DNA from: a virus
Lineage: Duplodnaviria > Caudoviricetes
Length of the DNA stretch: 64,000 nt
IMG/VR virus record: IMGVR_UViG_3300029288_000057
Location: 96,001 to 160,000 of that record
Strand: one strand, 5' to 3'
Shown here: positions 9,040 to 18,069 of the stretch, in pieces
How the letters are laid out: each line of letters begins with the position of its first letter
How positions within the stretch are numbered: position 1 is the stretch's first letter
The notes under the pieces: generated by a model
What the model saw: only the letters and a program-made list of their open reading frames with translations
Databases searched by the model: none
What the model was told of the DNA's origin: nothing
Translations under genes and position numbers: made by a program

Positions 9040-9579
9040 ATGTTGTCTGAAAATTATAAAGAAAGAATCCAAGAGCTTGCTGGAATAAAAACAGATAAAG
9101 AAATTTTGTTTTTAGTTGGATTTCCTGGTTCAGGAAAATCTTCCTACATTAAAGCATTAAGAACAAAACGGCCAGATAAGGATTATGTGGTAGTTTCTTT
9201 CGATAGCACACTTGAAAAATTAGGTGATGAACTGGGGCTTGGATATAATGACGCATATGAAAAAATTGATTTTCATGGGAAAATTATGCCTGCTTATGTT
9301 AAGGCATTTGAAAAGGCTATAAAAAAAGGCAAAAGTATTATAATAGATGATACCAACATGAAAAGAAGCGATAGGGCTGATGCTCTTGAAAGGGTGCCGA
9401 GTGATTATAAAAAAATAGCTGTGGTATTTAATGTTCCAGAGGAAGAATTAAAAAGAAGACTTGAAAAAAGGGCGCAAGAAACTGGAAAATATATTCCCCC
9501 AGAAGCGATAGAAAAAATGAAAAATTATTATATACCTCCCTCAAAAGAAGAAGGGTTTGATAAAATTATAAATCTTTAA
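9040..9579 (+). CDS. AAA_33 / polynucleotide-kinase-like P-loop protein with RIQELAGI leader
   Basis: GFPGSGKS, IIDDTN, R...R lid. Confidence 0.75.
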   Translation: MLSENYKERIQELAGIKTDKEILFLVGFPGSGKSSYIKALRTKRPDKDYVVVSFDSTLEKLGDELGLGYNDAYEKIDFHGKIMPAYVKAFEKAIKKGKSIIIDDTNMKRSDRADALERVPSDYKKIAVVFNVPEEELKRRLEKRAQETGKYIPPEAIEKMKNYYIPPSKEEGFDKIINL

Positions 9580-9580
9580 C

Positions 9581-10147
9581 ATGATATCTGAAAGTTATAG
9601 AAACAAAATACGTGAGCTTGCTGGGATAAAATCAAAATATTATCGGGCAGTAGATACGTTTTTAGGAGACAATGTTGTTTTTGAACCAGGTGGTTATTAT
9701 GAAGAAATTGGTGATGACGATGAAGCAGTTATGAGTTTTGGAGAGTATATGCAATCAGAAACATATGAAACCAGCGCATCAAAATATATTGGCGGTTGTG
9801 TGATGGGGGCTTTTTCGGGAAGAAATTTGGGTGCAAAAAAAACAAACACATTTTATATATACGAAATCAATGAATCTCCAGACAAGGATATTAGTCACTG
9901 GGGAGGTGGTGATTTTATGTTTTTAGAGGAAGTTAGATATAGAAGAAATGTGACTGGCATCTATATTGGGAAAGTGGTCTTAAACAAAGTCCAAGAGGAA
10001 ATGTTGGATTGTTGGTATAAGTTTTATAATGCAGACCAATATGCAGACGAAGAAGAGGACCCCATTTGTGACAAGTTCAGAAATGTTAACAATGGAGATT
10101 TTAACGATTACGTCTCAAAAGAATTAAAAAAAATAAGCGTCAACTAA
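9581..10147 (+). CDS. Hypothetical protein with KIRELAGI leader; possible R-S-E ADP-ribosyltransferase
   Basis: Leader shared with 9040; YYR...TSAS...LEE pattern. Confidence 0.55.
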   Translation: MISESYRNKIRELAGIKSKYYRAVDTFLGDNVVFEPGGYYEEIGDDDEAVMSFGEYMQSETYETSASKYIGGCVMGAFSGRNLGAKKTNTFYIYEINESPDKDISHWGGGDFMFLEEVRYRRNVTGIYIGKVVLNKVQEEMLDCWYKFYNADQYADEEEDPICDKFRNVNNGDFNDYVSKELKKISVN

Positions 10148-10968
10148 GACGCTATTTCTCCAATGCTTACCACAGGAGCTTCATCAAAGAAAACCACGCC
10201 CACTCTATTTTTTATTTTATTAAAAACAGGAAACTCAATTTCTTTAATAACATTCCTTTCAATAACAAGGTCGGGGTTTTTGTGAGCATTGTGTTTTGGT
10301 GGAAGCGATGCTAATTCTTCGGCAGTAAAAGGCTTCGAAACCTTTGTGTTTTTTACATAGGCGCCTCTTTTGAATTTTGTGTCCAAGTCGTTCCAATTAA
10401 CACCCTTCTCAATCATCATTTTATCCTGCATTTTGTTACCATCAAGATACTTCAGCTCCTCATGTGAAAAAAAACTCCTAGCCAACATAGAAATGCTATT
10501 TTTTGTTGCGTCATTTTCCCTCCATAACAATTGTGCTACAGCATCTTCCAATGTTGGAGTCTGATAAATCCTACAATCAAAGTTAGCAATTTTATTGTGT
10601 AATGGAAGCCACATCGGCCTGTTTGTGTTAAAATAAGTTACACACTTGGCTGTTAACTTTGACAAAATCTTTTGTTTTTTTCCATCATTGTAAATGAAAG
10701 ATTTATTATTATCAATGTAGATAACAAGGGTTATTTCATCAGACTGGGTATATCCAATAATTGCATTGGTTTCTTTAACAAGAAATTTTGTTGTGTCAAC
10801 CATTAAATTTGTCAAACCAGAATCAAAAGGACGGTTTAGCCCCTTTGTCCAGTTGCTGAAATTATTACCGTCCAGACGAATGATTACTGGAAGTTTTGGA
10901 ATCATTACTTCTGGGGAAAAGTTTTTCTCCAGCCACTTACACCACTCACTTAATGATTGTTCTTGCAT
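10144..10968 (-). CDS. tRNA(His) guanylyltransferase / Thg1-like protein
   Basis: RLDGNNF, YTQSDEI, FDCR, WRENDATKNS, KRG. Confidence 0.88.
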   Translation of the reverse strand: MQEQSLSEWCKWLEKNFSPEVMIPKLPVIIRLDGNNFSNWTKGLNRPFDSGLTNLMVDTTKFLVKETNAIIGYTQSDEITLVIYIDNNKSFIYNDGKKQKILSKLTAKCVTYFNTNRPMWLPLHNKIANFDCRIYQTPTLEDAVAQLLWRENDATKNSISMLARSFFSHEELKYLDGNKMQDKMMIEKGVNWNDLDTKFKRGAYVKNTKVSKPFTAEELASLPPKHNAHKNPDLVIERNVIKEIEFPVFNKIKNRVGVVFFDEAPVVSIGEIAS

Positions 10969-10990
10969 ATTATTTTTTTTTACTTTATTT

Positions 10991-11018
10991 TATACGTAAA
11001 ATTATAAATTAAGTTACA
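10991..11018 (-). promoter_or_regulatory. ECF-like promoter TGTAAC-N16-CGTATA (Thg1-like gene)
   Basis: Exact motif and spacer. Confidence 0.7.
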
Positions 11019-11021
11019 AAT

Positions 11022-11051
11022 AAAAAACCCCCAGATTTCTTTGGGGGTTTA
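11022..11051. terminator. Intrinsic terminator hairpin
   Basis: aaaccccca...tgggggttt. Confidence 0.7.
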
Positions 11052-11075
11052 TAATTAAGAATATAATAATTTTAA

Positions 11076-11549
11076 TTACAAGTTACCAAAAGAAACAACT
11101 ATGTTCTTGTCTTGATTAATACTTGATAAAGTATAAACTGTTGTAGCGGTTGATGCTGACGAAACTATGGTTTGTGCCACATCGTTAACAGTATAAGCAG
11201 AAAGATATGTTACTCCAACGTCTGGATATACAGAGAATGACAAATTAAGTCCTTCTGCAACCGTTACAGACGCTCCACTTAACGACGTTGTTCCACCAGT
11301 AACTCTACCTGTACTTGTGGCTTGAACTATGTAATAAAATTCTGGAGTTGGAGTTGGGTCTGGCTCATGTCCAGTATGTTCTTCTGTATGAATTATTGCT
11401 TCTTCGTGAGCATTAAGATTAAGTTGGTCCCTTCTTGTAACCTCTGGAAGTATAATTGAGGAGTATGCTGCTATCCATTTTTTATAAGAAACTCCGTTTA
11501 TTTTAACGTGTATCCATTTTCCCTTTGCGAAGTTGTTCGTAATTTTCAT
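11076..11549 (-). CDS. Probable virion protein with C-terminal beta-sandwich (InlB-B-repeat/Ig-like) domain
   Basis: PT linker then S/T/V-rich beta domain; TATTTATA upstream. Confidence 0.55.
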   Translation of the reverse strand: MKITNNFAKGKWIHVKINGVSYKKWIAAYSSIILPEVTRRDQLNLNAHEEAIIHTEEHTGHEPDPTPTPEFYYIVQATSTGRVTGGTTSLSGASVTVAEGLNLSFSVYPDVGVTYLSAYTVNDVAQTIVSSASTATTVYTLSSINQDKNIVVSFGNL

Positions 11550-11600
11550 AATTATAATTTTTTTTATAAATAGTTATTTTTTTTCAAATTCTTATATGTT

Positions 11601-12278
11601 TTAAAAGTTTTTGGATTTATTATTTGAAACTCCCCCTTCTCTGCTGTCTCCAGCTGGAATTTCCTTTAATTCTCTGTCGATATTATTGTTGTGCAAATCA
11701 AACTCTTCTTGTGCGTCTTTGGTAAAGCTAGCGGTTTTGGGAGGAACTCCACCATCTGAGTCAAGGTTTTGTTGGGCGGCTTGCGTGGAACCGTATATTC
11801 CATAGCTTTCTTCTATTTCTTTTGCTTCGTATATGTTTGTAGAGACCGTTGCGCCGCCTGAATTAATTGCTGGCGAATTAAATTTATCGATTACTTCTTC
11901 CTCTTTTTCCTCTGGGGAATCTTCTTTGTCCAAACAAGCTTGCACTAAATTATAATTGTTTATGGAATCATCCATTCCTTTCCTTGGCAATTTAAACAAT
12001 GACATATTCATAGCCATTTGTTCAACAGCGGTGGTGGGAAAATCCAATACTTCAAAAAGTTTATCTAATTCTTCTTTAATTAGCTTTTTAATTCTAAATT
12101 TAAGAATTGTTTTGCCATTAATGGTAGGTTGGTTTTTGTCGTCTTTTCCTATGCTTTTTACTATGACTTTTTTATTCTTGAATCTTCCTGCTAGGATTTC
12201 GTCTCCGACATTGATGTCAAGTTCAATTGCTTCTCGTATTAGTTTTCTAAGTTTATCTTTCACGACATTTATTTTCAA
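11601..12278 (-). CDS. Late protein with LRKLIRE leader (true start may be GTG at 12263)
   Basis: Leader plus VGDEILAGRFKNKK domain; late box at 12277-12284. Confidence 0.6.
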   Translation of the reverse strand: MKINVVKDKLRKLIREAIELDINVGDEILAGRFKNKKVIVKSIGKDDKNQPTINGKTILKFRIKKLIKEELDKLFEVLDFPTTAVEQMAMNMSLFKLPRKGMDDSINNYNLVQACLDKEDSPEEKEEEVIDKFNSPAINSGGATVSTNIYEAKEIEESYGIYGSTQAAQQNLDSDGGVPPKTASFTKDAQEEFDLHNNNIDRELKEIPAGDSREGGVSNNKSKNF

Positions 12279-12301
12279 TAAATATCTTTAAAAAACAATA
12301 C

Positions 12302-12739
12302 TTAGACCCCAGCGAGCGTTTTCATCTTATCATTGTCTTCCTGGTTGTTTAAAAACGTAGCTATATCAGACAAATTGTCGAATACTTTTGCACCATTTTT
12401 TTTAACCAATTCTTTGACTTGGGTCAAAGATTTCATTTCTGGTTTCTCAAATTCTTTATCGTCATCTTTTTCAAGAACGCAGAACAAAGTAGATTCTGGC
12501 CTTTTGTTTGAATCGTCTGTCACTTCTGCAATTGAGTATACACCCTTCATTAACGGAGTTATTACATAGAGTACAAATTTGGCAGTTTCTCTTTCTTCTC
12601 TTTCTTTCTTCTGAGCCGCCTCGTCCCAATCATCAACTACTGGGTTAAAGTATGGAACTTTCAAATCTTTAATTAGTCTTTCTCTCCACGTGGAATCATT
12701 GCAAGTTCCTCCGAGGAACACGTTGGGGTTGTTTTTCAT
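12302..12739 (-). CDS. Nucleoside 2-deoxyribosyltransferase-like protein
   Basis: VFLGGTC..STWR, YFNPVVDDW, SIAE. Confidence 0.7.
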   Translation of the reverse strand: MKNNPNVFLGGTCNDSTWRERLIKDLKVPYFNPVVDDWDEAAQKKEREERETAKFVLYVITPLMKGVYSIAEVTDDSNKRPESTLFCVLEKDDDKEFEKPEMKSLTQVKELVKKNGAKVFDNLSDIATFLNNQEDNDKMKTLAGV

Positions 12740-12750
12740 ATTATGTGGTT

Positions 12751-13800
12751 TTATTTGTTAAATCTTTCGTATGCTTTGTCACTAATTTGGATTGTTTCTG
12801 CCTCTCCAATAAATTCTTTGAGGTTTTTCGAATTTGAATAACTCATCGTTGACCTTAAATAGTCTTCAAAATTTTCTACCCACTGCTCTAATGTATATTC
12901 CACCCTTTGTCTTTTTGAAACCCCCTCAGAAGTTCTTACAACCTCTTTGTGCCACTTTCTTTGTACTTCCTTAGTGGACATACCCCTAAAGCTTTTTGTG
13001 AGCTTAAAATTGTTCCTAAACAGCCATTTTGCAAATTTTGAGTATTGGTTAATTTTTATTTTATTAAAGAGATAGGTGTTCCCACAAGATTCAAGAGCTT
13101 TGTTAAACAATGAACCAATCATAACATAGTCTGCTCCAAGTGCTAATGCTAAAATAACATCAGAAAAATCTTTCATTCCACCATCGGCCACAATTTTTGT
13201 TTGAAATCTATTTTGTTTTTTTATTTCATAGCACTCTCTGATTAAAGACGCCATGGGATATCCAACTGTTGTTTGTTTTGTGGTTAAGCAGGCATTTCCA
13301 TTTCCAATACCGATTCTAACCATATCCACTCCGATTTCTGCAAAAAGCTTATATGTTTCTGGGTTGGCAACATTACCAACCATTAATACCATTTTATCCC
13401 CGTATTTTTCTTTTGCATCTTTTGCCGCACTAATGAGTTTATTCATGTGTCCATTGGCCATATCAATAAGAATGTAAATTGTGTTTTCAGACTGAAAGTG
13501 TTGTTCCATATAATCAATGTTTATATATTGATTGATAAAATCATTCAGTCCAATAGATTTAAACCAGTGGTCACCACCATATCTTGGCTGTTTTTCTCCT
13601 CTTGGGATAATTGCATGAACTCTGTTTTTCGTAAACAAGCTGGCATTTTTATTATTAACAACAGTATCCATTGGGGCTGTAAAAATTGGGAGATATGAGT
13701 TGTAGTAGGGGTCTATTTCTGTTCTTGAGTTAATAAAGCTAATCGTATCTGGCTTAACCCTTAAGTCATGAAAATCTAGTTTTATGTCTTTGTCGTACAT
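12751..13800 (-). CDS. IMPDH/GMP reductase family enzyme (no CBS domains)
   Basis: APMDTV, IDMANGH, GNV, GIGNGNACLT, ADGG, GADYVMIGS, FRGMS, SEG. Confidence 0.8.
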   Translation of the reverse strand: MYDKDIKLDFHDLRVKPDTISFINSRTEIDPYYNSYLPIFTAPMDTVVNNKNASLFTKNRVHAIIPRGEKQPRYGGDHWFKSIGLNDFINQYINIDYMEQHFQSENTIYILIDMANGHMNKLISAAKDAKEKYGDKMVLMVGNVANPETYKLFAEIGVDMVRIGIGNGNACLTTKQTTVGYPMASLIRECYEIKKQNRFQTKIVADGGMKDFSDVILALALGADYVMIGSLFNKALESCGNTYLFNKIKINQYSKFAKWLFRNNFKLTKSFRGMSTKEVQRKWHKEVVRTSEGVSKRQRVEYTLEQWVENFEDYLRSTMSYSNSKNLKEFIGEAETIQISDKAYERFNK

Positions 13801-13935
13801 GTTTTTTGTTTAAAATAATGTTTACAATATAAACAAATTTTATTATATTATCAATAAAACATTTACGCTTTATGGAATTTGAATATATTTATATGTCCCA
13901 TAAGTATTGTGGGATAAAACTTTAAAAAAAATTAT

Positions 13936-14481
13936 ATGAAAAAAATTATTGTTGTAATTGGTGCTCCACGTTCTGGAAAAGATACACACGCAAAGATGCT
14001 GTCGGGAAAATTGAATTATAAATATTTTTCTTTAGATTATGTTATATCCGAAGAGGTTAAAAATAAAACAAAAATTGGGTTAATTCTTGAAAAATACTCT
14101 CAATCTGAAGTACAAGCTCCAGATGAATATGCGATTATGTTAATGAAAGATGCTATTATTAACCTGAAGGAAGATGGAATTGTTTTTAATAATTATCCAC
14201 AAACAATTGCCCAGGCAAAAGCGTTAGACTCATTTTTGTTCTCAAGAAGAATTGAAAAGGTTGTCCCTGTGTTTTTAAATATAGACCAATTTGACACTCT
14301 AAATCGCATGGTAGAGAACTCAAGAGACTCTTTTAATAAAACCATGAATGATTATGACAAAAACAAAAAGCCTGTTGTAGATTATTATACATCAAACAGA
14401 ATAGAGTTCGATACTTCCAAGAATAATTCAGAAATAATCAATGAAGAAATAATAAAAAAGCTGAAGGAGAAGGGTTGCTAA
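13936..14481 (+). CDS. Adenylate-kinase-fold protein with degenerate catalytic motifs
   Basis: GAPRSGKDT, PDE, NNYPQTIAQA, PVVDYY align to Adk. Confidence 0.7.
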   Translation: MKKIIVVIGAPRSGKDTHAKMLSGKLNYKYFSLDYVISEEVKNKTKIGLILEKYSQSEVQAPDEYAIMLMKDAIINLKEDGIVFNNYPQTIAQAKALDSFLFSRRIEKVVPVFLNIDQFDTLNRMVENSRDSFNKTMNDYDKNKKPVVDYYTSNRIEFDTSKNNSEIINEEIIKKLKEKGC

Positions 14482-14864
14482 AAATAAACTATTAGCATGT
14501 CTTTTTTTAATTGATGAGCTTTTTTCATAGAATCTCTTGTCCCTGGCGATTTTCCATCCCAAAAAATTACTATAAAATCAGCACTTTGTATTATTTGTGT
14601 ATTACGATTAAACCCAGCCAAAGCATTATATTGCTTCCCTTTATCGTTGACTTTTATTTTGCAGGGCTCAGAAAAGTCTTCCCAATTTGCTGGAAATATT
14701 TTTGTTGGAATGTTAAATTCTTTCGCAAACGTTTCTCCTAATTTATCTGCACCCAAGGCACCGCCACTCACAATCTCTGTGATATTTGCCTTAAACGGCA
14801 ACAACTTATATTTAAGTAAATCGTAGTTGTTAAAATTACGACTTCCTATTATGGCTACTTTCAT
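14478..14864 (-). CDS. SLOG-family protein (DUF2493/YspA-like)
   Basis: IIGSRNF, VSGGALGAD, AGFNRN, FWDGKSPGT. Confidence 0.8.
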   Translation of the reverse strand: MKVAIIGSRNFNNYDLLKYKLLPFKANITEIVSGGALGADKLGETFAKEFNIPTKIFPANWEDFSEPCKIKVNDKGKQYNALAGFNRNTQIIQSADFIVIFWDGKSPGTRDSMKKAHQLKKDMLIVYF

Positions 14865-15784
14865 TTTTCTCTTAAGAAGTTAACATCACAAATTGGAGGC
14901 ATGTTCATTTTGTGAGCATTTGCATTGTGTCTTTTTTTGTAGATTTTTAAGACCTCCATTTGACGGGGGGTAAACGAAGCAGTCGCCATGTCAATATACT
15001 CATCTTGCATATAAAGAATTGAGCTCCCTGGCTGACTACACTCTTTCATTGCCCATTCCAATTCATCGTAAGTGGCACCAACTTGGTCTTCATCTCCCCT
15101 TCCATCGTCCCAAAGCCCATCTGTGGGTTTTGCATTTATAATATCAATAGAAACTCCCATAAATCTTCCGAGAGCACGGACTTCAGATTTCATTAAATCT
15201 CCTATGGGAGAAATATCAACACCACCGTCGCCATATTTTGTAAAAAACCCAATTCCAAAATCTTCAACTTTATTTCCAGTGCCAAGCACTAAGCATTTTT
15301 TAATAGATGCATAGTAATATAATGCGGTCATTCTTATTCTTGACCTTGTGTTAGCAGCTGCCAGATTCTTCTTTTCAACATCTTCTATCTGAGATTGTTC
15401 AACACTAGACAGAAGGGTGTCAAATGTATTTGTTAAATTACAATCAATTGATGATACATTTGGGAAATTCTCTGTCAACCAATTAATATGCTGTTTTGCC
15501 CTGTCTACTTCTGCTTCCTTTTGATGGATATGCATTTGGATTACATATAGTTTTAATCCAGTTTTTGCGGCCAGGGTTGATGTTACTGCAGAATCTATTC
15601 CTCCAGAAATTCCAATAACAAAACCATCAACTTTTGCTGTGTCAGCATATTGTTTCAACCAACTAATGATATAAGCCTCAACTCTTGAGTATTCTAATGA
15701 TGATACATTTGGGAAATTCTCTGTCAAGCAATTAATATGCTGTTTTGCCCTATTTTCCATAATTATCCTTTCTGATTTGTTCAT
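14861..15784 (-). CDS. nadE: NH3-dependent NAD+ synthetase
   Basis: GISGGIDS, RSRIRM, GTGNKVE, FTKYGDGG, PTDGL. Confidence 0.92.
   Translation of the reverse strand: MNKSERIIMENRAKQHINCLTENFPNVSSLEYSRVEAYIISWLKQYADTAKVDGFVIGISGGIDSAVTSTLAAKTGLKLYVIQMHIHQKEAEVDRAKQHINWLTENFPNVSSIDCNLTNTFDTLLSSVEQSQIEDVEKKNLAAANTRSRIRMTALYYYASIKKCLVLGTGNKVEDFGIGFFTKYGDGGVDISPIGDLMKSEVRALGRFMGVSIDIINAKPTDGLWDDGRGDEDQVGATYDELEWAMKECSQPGSSILYMQDEYIDMATASFTPRQMEVLKIYKKRHNANAHKMNMPPICDVNFLREK
15449..15751. repeat. 54-bp direct repeat inside nadE (15449-15502 and 15698-15751, 53/54 identical)
   Basis: tgatgatacatttgggaaattctctgtcaa[c/g]caattaatatgctgttttgccct; encodes RAKQHIN[W/C]LTENFPNVSS twice, in frame. Confidence 0.9.
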
Positions 15785-15787
15785 TTT

Positions 15788-16006
15788 TTATAGATTATTT
15801 TTGTTTTTAACCCAATACCAAAATTTACCATATTGTAAATAATTATACATTGGTATTGCAAGCAACATCATTGCTGTGTATATGCAAAATGCAATAACGC
15901 CACCTTTAATCAATCCAAAGTCAAGTGCAAAAAATGCATGAATAAGCGGAAATATCATTGCAAATGCGCCTGCTATTGTTAAATAGCTTTTAATGTCTTC
16001 TTTCAT
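15788..16006 (-). CDS. Small two-TM membrane protein in the NAD operon
   Basis: Two hydrophobic helices; ATGA overlap with Nudix gene. Confidence 0.6.
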   Translation of the reverse strand: MKEDIKSYLTIAGAFAMIFPLIHAFFALDFGLIKGGVIAFCIYTAMMLLAIPMYNYLQYGKFWYWVKNKNNL

Positions 16007-16596
16007 GTTCTATCAAATAAGTTTCTGTAATGAGCTTCAAATGCTAATAGTTTTGTTTTTGCGTCATCTAAGATGTCCATCATGCTTCTAAACTGAAGGT
16101 AATGAATTTCACAAATTTCAATATTTTCGTGTTCTCCCTTGACTCCACCACCAGCATTTTTTACCTTCTCCTTGTTTGTTACTGTAGCAATAAAATAATG
16201 CATTTTTTCAGTTGAATATCCTGGGGTGGTATAACAGCTTCCACAATGTTCTACGTTGTTTTCATCAAGTTTATATCCAACTTCTTCAAGAGATTCTCTT
16301 ATAAATGTTTGCTTGGGAGTTTCTCCTGAGTCCATGGTGCCAGCCATTGCCTCGTAAATAAATCCACCGTGATTCTTTGTTCGTGTCGGATACCTAAATT
16401 GTTTAACTAAAACAATACATTCAGTATCAACATTGTAAATAAGTCCTGAAACAGTGTCTGGTCTTGAAACCTTTTGTCTTTTGTATGTGGACACACTTCC
16501 ATCCTCTAAAGTGTCTTTAATTGACGCCTCATCAACCTTGGTGTATCCATGGTACACTCTTTTTTCTTCTACTATTTCAATGGTTCTTTTTGACAT
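16003..16596 (-). CDS. Nudix hydrolase, ADP-ribose/NDP-sugar pyrophosphatase (NudF/NudK-like)
   Basis: Nudix box GTMDSGETPKQTFIRESLEEVGY; QFRYP, TPG.STE, GGG...EHENI. Confidence 0.85.
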   Translation of the reverse strand: MSKRTIEIVEEKRVYHGYTKVDEASIKDTLEDGSVSTYKRQKVSRPDTVSGLIYNVDTECIVLVKQFRYPTRTKNHGGFIYEAMAGTMDSGETPKQTFIRESLEEVGYKLDENNVEHCGSCYTTPGYSTEKMHYFIATVTNKEKVKNAGGGVKGEHENIEICEIHYLQFRSMMDILDDAKTKLLAFEAHYRNLFDRT

Positions 16597-16600
16597 AAAT

Positions 16601-17797
16601 TTATTTTTTTGCCATTTTATTTATCTGCCACTCTACAAACTTAATTGTTTCTTCGTCTCCAACGTGTTTTGTGGGAGAATCAGAAAGCTTAATGGCTGGC
16701 ATTCCGTTTATTTCAAACAATTTTATGACAATATTCATTGGCTTCACGCCGATAATATCATTTGTCAAATTGGTGCCAATTCCATATGACTTCCTTATTT
16801 CTTTCCTTCGATAATTATCAATTTTTATTACCAACTCTGGGTTTAGAGCATCAGAGTACACAATCGTTTTTGTAGTTGGGTCAATCCCAAGACTTTTATA
16901 ATGGTCAATAATTTTATCTGTAAAAACGAATGGGTCTCCACTGTCATGTCTCACTCCAGTAAACAAGTTTGCATATTTGCTATCAAAATCTCGCAAAAAA
17001 GCATCTGTTGTGAATGTGTCTGACAAGGCAATTCCAAGATTTCCATTGTATGTCTTTATCCAATATTCCATGGCAATTCTGTTGGCGTGAGCATATCCGA
17101 ACATTGCTGCAATCCCAGAAACCCATTCGTGTGCATATGTTCCAATTACTTTGATTCCGTTGTATAAACCAAGTTCAACATTGCTTGTTCCTGCAAAGTT
17201 TTCATACATGGAAGAACCACAGAATATGTCAACAACACTAGCGTGAACATCTTCGGACTTTGCCCTTCGTGTTCCGAAGTCTACTACCTGTATGTTGTTT
17301 AAATAAAAGTATTGTGCTTTGTCCTGTGCCTTTTCTAAAGATTTGGCTATATCAACATTTTCGTCACTTTGACCTGTCATTTCGTAATACAACTTACAAA
17401 TATCTTTCATAAGAGTTGTTTCCCACGGGCATGTTCTGTACCAATATCCTGCAATTTGCATCGATAGGTCTCCGCCGTTTTGTACGATGCCAACTTCACT
17501 TGGGTCATATCTATATCCTTCAAGAAAATCAAAGAATGCGGCTGGCAAATAAGGACTCCTTGCTTCAAATTCCAGTCTACGTTGTTTTGACATTTTTTTG
17601 TTTCGGTACTCATCAACAATTTTTCTCAATCTGACAGCAAATCCATCTGGGTATTGAGTGTGGCTTCTATCAATAAATTCATAACGAACCTTTGCCTCTG
17701 GAAAATTCTTTATAATAGCCCACATCATTGTAAATTTGTACAAGTCTGCCCAAAGAATGGAATCTTTGTTAATGGACTCTGGAGATTTAGTTTTCAT
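16601..17797 (-). CDS. pncB: Nicotinate phosphoribosyltransferase
   Basis: DLYKFTM, DFGTRR, GTSN, GTYAHEW, RHDSGD, YGIGTNLT, KLSD. Confidence 0.92.
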   Translation of the reverse strand: MKTKSPESINKDSILWADLYKFTMMWAIIKNFPEAKVRYEFIDRSHTQYPDGFAVRLRKIVDEYRNKKMSKQRRLEFEARSPYLPAAFFDFLEGYRYDPSEVGIVQNGGDLSMQIAGYWYRTCPWETTLMKDICKLYYEMTGQSDENVDIAKSLEKAQDKAQYFYLNNIQVVDFGTRRAKSEDVHASVVDIFCGSSMYENFAGTSNVELGLYNGIKVIGTYAHEWVSGIAAMFGYAHANRIAMEYWIKTYNGNLGIALSDTFTTDAFLRDFDSKYANLFTGVRHDSGDPFVFTDKIIDHYKSLGIDPTTKTIVYSDALNPELVIKIDNYRRKEIRKSYGIGTNLTNDIIGVKPMNIVIKLFEINGMPAIKLSDSPTKHVGDEETIKFVEWQINKMAKK

Positions 17798-17824
17798 AGT
17801 AAAAAATTTTTGTTTTCACTACTT

Positions 17825-17852
17825 TATACGAAAAATTATTGAATATGTTCTC
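17825..17852 (-). promoter_or_regulatory. ECF-like promoter GAGAAC-N16-CGTATA (pncB-nadE operon)
   Basis: AAC-N16-CGTATA with exact spacer. Confidence 0.65.
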
Positions 17853-18069
17853 TTTTTTCTAATATTTTTTTCAACTCTTCCTTATAATTTTTGAATTTCT
17901 GAAGATTTATCTTCGCTTGTTCTTCATTTTCTTCATCATGATGATATCCGTTTACTTCGAGTTGAGAAATGTGTTTCTGAATTCTATCTTTGTATGCATT
18001 GATTCTTTTTGTATCCCAAGTTCTGACTGATGCAAGAGGTTGTAAGTTTACGTTGTGTATTCTTTCCAT
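17836..18069 (-). CDS. Hypothetical protein
   Basis: TATATTTG at 18085-18092. Confidence 0.55.
   Translation of the reverse strand: MERIHNVNLQPLASVRTWDTKRINAYKDRIQKHISQLEVNGYHHDEENEEQAKINLQKFKNYKEELKKILEKREHIQ

Noticed and set aside
13895-13916. Imperfect inverted repeat between the GMPR-like and Adk-like genes as an operator
   Set aside because: Single, weak and not seen elsewhere in the window
15449-15751. nadE repeat as a DGR template/variable pair
   Set aside because: The single mismatch is G/C rather than at adenine, both copies lie in one ORF, and no reverse transcriptase is in the window
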